From the human T2T-CHM13v2.0 reference genome, Homo sapiens: a stretch of DNA of 64,000 nt. Where the stretch lies: the NCBI RefSeq assembly GCF_009914755.1, contig NC_060926.1. The stretch is one strand, 5' to 3'. Positions within the stretch are counted from its first letter, which is position 1, and the number at the start of each line of letters is the position of its first letter. A program made the translations under genes and the position numbers. The notes beneath the pieces are model-generated. The model made no database searches. It saw only the letters and a list, made by a program, of their open reading frames with translations, and was not told the DNA's origin. Below, one piece after another: positions 56,635-64,000 of this stretch.

Positions 56635-57388
56635 CTGAAATAGAGAAAACACCAGTGATTTTTTTTCAAAAAAGGAAAAAAAAAGATTAATTATAGGAAA
56701 AAATATACTCTGTATCTCACCCTTCTATCTATGGCATAATTCAGTGCATGGCACTTTATACTTTCTCAGAAGTCAAAAGAACATCCTAGCAAGACCAGCA
56801 GAAGTGTGCCATTATACTCACCTTCCCCATCGCCATTATTCTAGAGACAACTCTCATCTTTCCAACCACCTCTCTAGGAAGCCATGGCACTACATTTCCT
56901 CTATTCCTAGGCAAGCCTACTCTCAGTAAAGTAGACCAAACATAATCACAATTTACAAATGACTTAAAGTATAAATGTTTCACATTGGATTACATCAATG
57001 AGGTTCTAACTGGAACTTAAGGCATCAACTGGGTGCATGTGTGTGGAGTGGAGTGAATGGGAAGGAAAAAGGTCAGTTTTTTAAATGGGTAATCGTAAAT
57101 TATGAGTACCTTAAAACCACAGGGCCACTGTAACATGAAAAACAAATCTAAGAACCTATGGCTATGGTGGCAGCAACTCCCTCCCCCCATTTGGCTTCTG
57201 TGGCACCACTTTCTCCAAGTTTTCTTCCTGTCTCTAGTCATTTATTTTTTTTCAATGACTCCTCTTCCTTGAGTCTTCTCTCAGACATTCACGTTCCCCA
57301 GATGTTTTCTTGCACCCTCTTCACATTTCAGCCAGGCATTTGTAAGACCCATCTATTTCCGAAAGCAATTCCCAAAGACAGCACGGCA

Positions 57389-57885
57389 TGTGGAAGAAGC
57401 TAGTGTCCAAGATGGCCTCTGGATAGTCATGCCCTTACGTAGCCGCCTCCTCTTGAATCTGGGGTGGCCCTGTGACTTACTTTTAACCCACAGATGCAGC
57501 AGAAATGACCAGACGTGATTTCTGAGCCTAAATCATCAGAAACATTGCAGTTGCTGCCTGGCTGTCTTGGACAAGTCCTCCTAGGGTAAGTCAGATACTA
57601 TACAGCAAGCCCAAGACTGCTGTGCAATTTAATGAGTAAGCCCAAGTTGATCATGTGGTGAGACCCTGTTGAAAGGGATGACCAGTCAGCCCCTATCTCT
57701 TCCAGCCATTCTAGCTGAGATGATAGACAGACAAATAAAGAAGCCATCTTGGACATGCAGCCTGGTTGAACCTACAGAGTACTTTAATTTTAGCTGCTAT
57801 CTGACTGCAACCAAAGGAGACTCCCCAAGGTAGAACTTCCTAGCTGAGCTTAGTCGACGCGTAAGAAACATGAAAAATAATAAAT
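57389..57885 (+). mobile_element. Old MaLR LTR (MLT1F/G/H-type)
   Basis: tgtgg...ccaagatggcc...cttgaatctggggtggccctgtgact...gaagccatcttggac...aataataaatcattgctttaagtca...agataactgaa. Confidence 0.75.
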
Positions 57886-58149
57886 CATTGCTTTAAGTCA
57901 TAAAATTAAAGAATAGCTTATTACACAGAAACAGATAACTGAAGGAGATATTAATGGCATTATATGACCTTGAGCAAATGACTTTTATTATTTCTCTGAC
58001 CTTAAGTTTCTTCATTGTAAGATAGGGGAAATACCACCTATCACTCAGGGTTGTTTAACAATTAAAATAGCACACAGCAGTGCCTAGCACTGAAGAGGAG
58101 AGAGTTCTTAACCTGTTTTGCTAGCCCAGAAAAAGATAAAAATTTACTA

Positions 58150-58490
58150 GAAACTGTACTTCAAAGTTTGAATTTTGATCTTTTCCAAGGCTAGTGATAT
58201 CTAGTACAACACTCTCAAGACACTGGGCAGTAGCAATAAGCTGCAGCTCCCAGTCGGCCATTCAATAACGAGGGTAAACAACCAATACTGCATAATAGTA
58301 TACACTGTGCTATCAAATGGTTTTGCCCTACTGGAGGCTAATGTCTGTGTATTGAGCACATTTAAGGTAGGCTAGGCTAAGCTATGATGTTCAGCAGGTT
58401 AGGTGTAATAAATGTGTTTTGACTTAAGTTACTTTCAACTTACAACAAGTTTATTGGCACATAACTACATCACAAGTTGAAGGGCATCTA
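58150..58490. mobile_element. Tigger2-family fragment
   Basis: tgaattttgatcttttcc...gcagctcccagtcggcca...cgagggtaaacaacc...tttaaggtaggctaggctaagctatgatgttc. Confidence 0.8.
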
Positions 58491-59145
58491 TAAACTAAAG
58501 TTCAAGTCACTCTCCCTACACAAGCTGCACATATGTTCACAGCAAACATTTCTCTACAGCTACTCATGGTATCACTAAATGTCGGAATTATCCTAATTCT
58601 CCATTTAGGGAATTAGACCAATCCTTTAAAGTCTAGCTTTCCATGTAGAATCACTTTCTCCTGCTTTCCCACACTACCTCTACTCTAGCACTTATCCTAA
58701 TTATTTACATGTGCACTAATCTCCGCTTAATGAGGCATCTTCAACTGTATAGAATACATATTAATCATCTTTACATTTCTAGTGACTACAACTATTCCTG
58801 GCATAAAGTAGGTACTCAATAAATGTTGAATTAATATTCATTCTATAAGTAATAAATGTTGAGGATTGTAACACCTCAGAGTAAGATCTTTATAATTCAA
58901 ATGGTAGATGTTTTCCATATAATTGCCACTTACCAGAGGAAATTCCTAATGATCTATAGGCACCTCCTATTATACAAAAATAGGAAGATCAAGTAAATAA
59001 AACATTTTAATACAATCCATTTTATCCAGTCATCTATTTCTTTGTAAGAAAGAGCAGGCAGCTTAGAACCACTAGGGTCCTTAAGTGACATGACCACCTG
59101 CCCCTTTTATGAGTTATTAAGAATAATTTAAAGACCTAGGGCCCA

Positions 59146-59431
59146 GGCCAGGTGTGGTGGCTCATGCCTATAATCCCAGCACTTTGGGAGGCTGAGGCCG
59201 TCGGGTGGATCACCTGAGGTCAGGAGTTCAAGACCAACATGACCAACATGGTAAAACTCCATCTCTACTAAAAATACAAAATTAGCTGGGCGTGGTGGCA
59301 CATACCTGCAATCCCAGCTACTTGGGAGGCTGAGGCAGAAAAATCGCTTGAACCCAGGAGGCGGAGAGTTGCAGTGAGCCAAGATCATGCCATTACACTC
59401 CAGCCTGGGCAACAAGAGCGAAACCCCGTCT
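59146..59431 (+). mobile_element. AluS-type lacking a poly(A) tail
   Basis: Both arms are present. It ends at ...aaccccgtct with no A-tail. Confidence 0.92.
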
Positions 59432-59708
59432 GTGGTCTTTAGTCTCCCAGATCCACAAACAATTCTGCTACTATCCCAGAATAGACAGGACTCAGAGAGA
59501 GCAATTCATGGAAATGACTAAGACATAAATAAGAACAGCAAATGAGTAACATACAATAAGATCAAATGTTGAAAAATGAATGACAAGTAACAAGTCTATC
59601 CCTGAGGATATGTTACATGATGGCTGAATTAAAATCAGATGATTACTTGGGGAGCATGGAATCCCAACCACAAGGAGTGTTACAGGCTGCAATGACTGAT
59701 GTGAATCC

Positions 59709-60002
59709 TTTCTTTTTTTTTGAGACAGGGTCTCACTCTTGCTGCCCAGGCTGGATTGCAGTATCACAATCACGGCTCACTGTTGCCTCAACCTCCCAGG
59801 CTCAAGTGATCCACCCACCTCACCCTCCTGAGTAGCTGAGACCACAGGTGTGCACCACCACGCCTGGATATTTTGTTTCTTTTGTAGAGATGGGATGTCC
59901 CTGTGTTTCCCAGGCCGGTCTCAAACTCCTGGGCTCAAGCAATCCTCCCGCCTCAGCCTCAAAAAGTGCTAGGATTACAGGTGCAAGCCACTGTACCTGG
60001 TC
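59709..60002 (-). mobile_element. AluJ-type
   Basis: Dimeric antisense Alu. Confidence 0.92.
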
Positions 60003-61199
60003 TGAATTCATCTTTAGAGCAAGGCCATGCCTGCATGAGGGCCAGGTAATCGAGTCCTTGGGACAAGGTACCTTTGCACCTAGAAAGTTTTTAAATAGCA
60101 TGGCAATTCTGCCTAACTCCATTTTTCTATGTCCCAAAATTAAGCATTCCTTTTTTGATGATGTAACTCCTCTTCAGTTTTATTAATACACGCACTCATA
60201 AACATTTTTAACACAACTAGAATTCATTATCAGGCTATACTCTGATCTCTGACTTGGATAAGAGTTTTTAGCTTCCCAGGAGAATACTGATTTTTAATCA
60301 CAGCATTCTCAAAATGTCAGCTTATTTTTAAGTTACGGGAATATATCCCGCCCCCGCCTCCACCCCATTCCCCCAATGTATTAGCTACGGGGCAGAATTT
60401 AGATGGGCTTCTCAATACTTGGGAAGAAAATACAATTACTCTGACCAATGAAATACCAGAGAAAATACAACTACTTTGACCCTAAAAACAGTACAAAATT
60501 AGCAGGAAAAGTCCAAAAGGAAACAAAAACATAGGCAAGAATCTATAATATATAACAATAAAGAATGACTAAAAAATGTGTATATGTATAAATAATGTAC
60601 ACAGAGACAACGAAGTAAAAAACAGTACTCTCTCAGTTTCTTACAAGGGCCGTAATCAGCTAAGGAGGTTAAACACTTATTCCAACCATGTTACCATTTT
60701 TTCAAAATAGTTTGCTACGGTTCTTTTATAATTGCTTTCAGAGCCTGAGGTACACCATTTTGAATATTGCCACCTAATGGTGGCAAATCTTTTAAACTCT
60801 GAAGATGAACTTGACTTTAAAGTGGGAGATGAGCCACCTCGTATCATCTTGGTCATAAGGTAAAAGGTATCTAAAATGAGTGCCATTTTTTTTTTGTTAA
60901 GTGAAATATGAAGAATTATTTAAAAATTTGTTTCCAAAGAACTTCTGAGTTTCAAAGAATAGATTGAATAATAGTAGGACATACCAGTGGAAAAACTATA
61001 TAGCCTCCTAAAATGATAGCTTTAAAGTAAAACCTCATCTGGCTTTAGTACAGGTATTTTTTTAAGTGGTCTCCTTACTTCAGCCATGTCCTTAGGACTT
61101 GGTTACTATGTCCTAATTCCAAACCTGGTGCTTTTCTAACAGTTCTGTTAGGAAAAACTAGCTAGGCAAAAACTACTGAAAAAAAAAAAAAGACTCTTA

Positions 61200-61399
61200 G
61201 GCCAGGCATGGTGGCTCACACCTGTAATCCCAGCACTTTGGGAGGCCGAGGCAGGTGGATCACAAAGTCAGGAGTTCAAGACCAGCCTGGCCAAGATGGT
61301 GAAACCCCATCTCTACTAAAAATACAAAAAAATTAGCCTGGCATGGTGGCGTGAGCCTATAGTCCCAGCTACTTGGGAGGCTAAGGTAGACGAATTGCT
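61200..61399 (+). mobile_element. AluS-type, 3'-truncated
   Basis: Stops abruptly at ggcagaggt in the right arm. Confidence 0.92.
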
Positions 61400-61803
61400 T
61401 GAACCTGGGAGGCAGAGGTAAAATTCTTTATCATACCTGGCCACTAGCTGAACATGATCACCAAGGTAAAACTGCTGTGAACAAAACCATGTGCTATAAC
61501 ACACAGACAAGTCTAAGATAAAGCAGATGGCAGAAATTACTCATTCCAGGATTTCATCTTATAACACAACTTAGTTGCCTACTGAGGAAAGGAAAAGGTT
61601 AACAGTTTCAAGATGCATCATCTTTTACAACCACTGTATGGAATGAACTAGACTATCAATAAGCTGAAATTAGATAACCTATCCTGTGGTGGATTAGGAT
61701 TTAAACTGCTTTAAATCTTTCTTTAACAGTGCCTAGAAATAAAGAAGGCACACTGGAGAGAGAAGGTATAGTAGATGATACAGGGTAGGAATCCACATGT
61801 CTG

Positions 61804-62112
61804 GGCCAGGCACAGTGGCTCACGCCTGTAATCCCAGCACTTTGGGGGGCTGAGGCGGGTGGATCACTTGAGGTCAGGAGTCCAAAACCAGCTTGGCCAA
61901 CATGGCGAAACCCCGTCTCTACTAAAAATTCAAAAATTAGCTGGGTGTGGTGGCACACACTTGTGGTCCCAGCTACTTGGGAGGCTGAGGCATGAGAATC
62001 AGTTGAACCTGGGAGTCAGAGGTTGCAGTGAGCCAAGATTGTGTCACTGCACTCCAGCCTGGGCGACAGAGTGAGATCCTGTCTCCAAAAAAAAAAAAAA
62101 AAAAAAAAAAAA
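61804..62112 (+). mobile_element. AluS-type
   Basis: Long A-tail and TSD GAATCCA[C/T]ATGTCTG. Confidence 0.94.
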
Positions 62113-63045
62113 CAGAATCCATATGTCTGGCATGGTGGAAAATGTTAATAGAGAAAAGCGTGTCGGAGACAGTGATAAGAAAGAAATGAAGTGGCTAGCC
62201 ATGGAATTTGGGCCGGGAAAGAAATCCAGTCCTGCCCTACAAGGTTAAGAATGTCCGGAAGTCCTAGTAGGTGAAAGGTTAGGTTATTGTTAGGGTAGAA
62301 GGAAAGATGAAAGGTAAAATGGCTATGAACAAGAGGAGAGAAATTAGCCAAGGTCTGAAGCTTTGGAGGACCCATAACCTTCTGTCTGCACCTGAAAGTG
62401 AATAACTAAATCCAGGTAAGATCATTAGATAAACATGATGAAAAAGGATGAGTGTGACAAAGCTAGCTAAGTCTTAGCCCAAATCTTCCCCTAACTCTTC
62501 TTGACCTACGTACTAAAACTTAGAAAAGCTGCTCTACTCAGTCTCTAGAACATGTCATAAACTTTCCAATCATTTAACTTTGCTCACGCCATTCTCCACA
62601 CTACAATCTTACTCTTCTGCCTACCTATTTTACAAATTCAATGAATTCCTATATACTTACAAATGCATAAATATGCAACCATGCCCCCAAACTCTTAAGA
62701 CCTAAGCAGATTTCTAAAGTCAATCAAGGGAAACCAAACTAATATATTTGAACATATCATATTCTTACCAAATGGTTAAAATACTTCAAAAACAAAAAGG
62801 AGGAAAGAAACTCCAATCAAACATAAGCAGAACCTGGAAAATATCCAAAAAAACCACATGTAGTCATGTGGTCTGAGATCTCTGGAGGGCCATTCCAATG
62901 AAGAATCCATGATCCAGAGGATCTTTACCTCCTTACTCCACCCAAACACCTACAAACTACATTCATTACAAAGTTCTAGTTGCTTCCTCCCAAGACGTAG
63001 CTCTATTTGAGTTTTTTTGTATTTTCACAATAAAGCACCAATGAC

Positions 63046-63737
<692 letters not shown>

Positions 63738-64000
63738 ACCAATGACCATTTTTAATAGCTTCCTAAATCTAAGACATAGCATGTGGGTCACAATGAGAAC
63801 TATAAAATTAAGACCAAACTGTGCAATGGGCTCAAAGACAAACGTGTCATCTCAATAATAGGGTCAGATTAGTCACAAAGTTTTTAATAGTAGATCAATT
63901 TCCTCTGAACATCCTTACTCTCACCACCACAGCCTGTTCCTTTCATTAGCAAGATGGAAAAGCATCTATACAAAATGTAAATTTGTAGCCAAAAAGTGCT

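Overview
Primate (almost certainly human) genomic DNA: AT-rich, CpG-depleted and dense in Alu, L1, L2, MIR, MaLR/ERV LTR and MER/Tigger relics. The only protein-coding gene I can support is ARL5A on the minus strand. Coding exons 2-6 lie at 56574-56634, 55604-55751, 53792-53875, 48255-48406 and 44710-44758, all with GT-AG introns, and they splice in frame to give ...[16 protein letters not shown]...WDIGGQ...NKQD...CCALTGEG...RLKIR*. A long, nearly repeat-free 3' UTR follows with several AATAAA signals down to about 40.2 kb. Exon 1 lies beyond the right edge. Positions 1-40 kb are intergenic; from recalled human gene order they lie upstream of NEB, which is not visible here. I found no credible gene in the supplied ORF track. 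I found no new multi-gene system. The most interesting observations are small: a tailless tRNA-Ile(TAT) 5'-half retrocopy ending exactly at the intron site, a templated ~150-bp insertion inside an old L1, an unexplained 21-bp exact dispersed repeat, a pristine AluYd8-type insertion, a head-to-head Alu pair 11 bp apart, an overlapping Pumilio/miR-202/let-7 site behind a proximal poly(A) signal, and a tandem GT donor predicted to trigger NMD. Repeat subfamily names are from memory of consensus sequences, and repeat boundaries are approximate.
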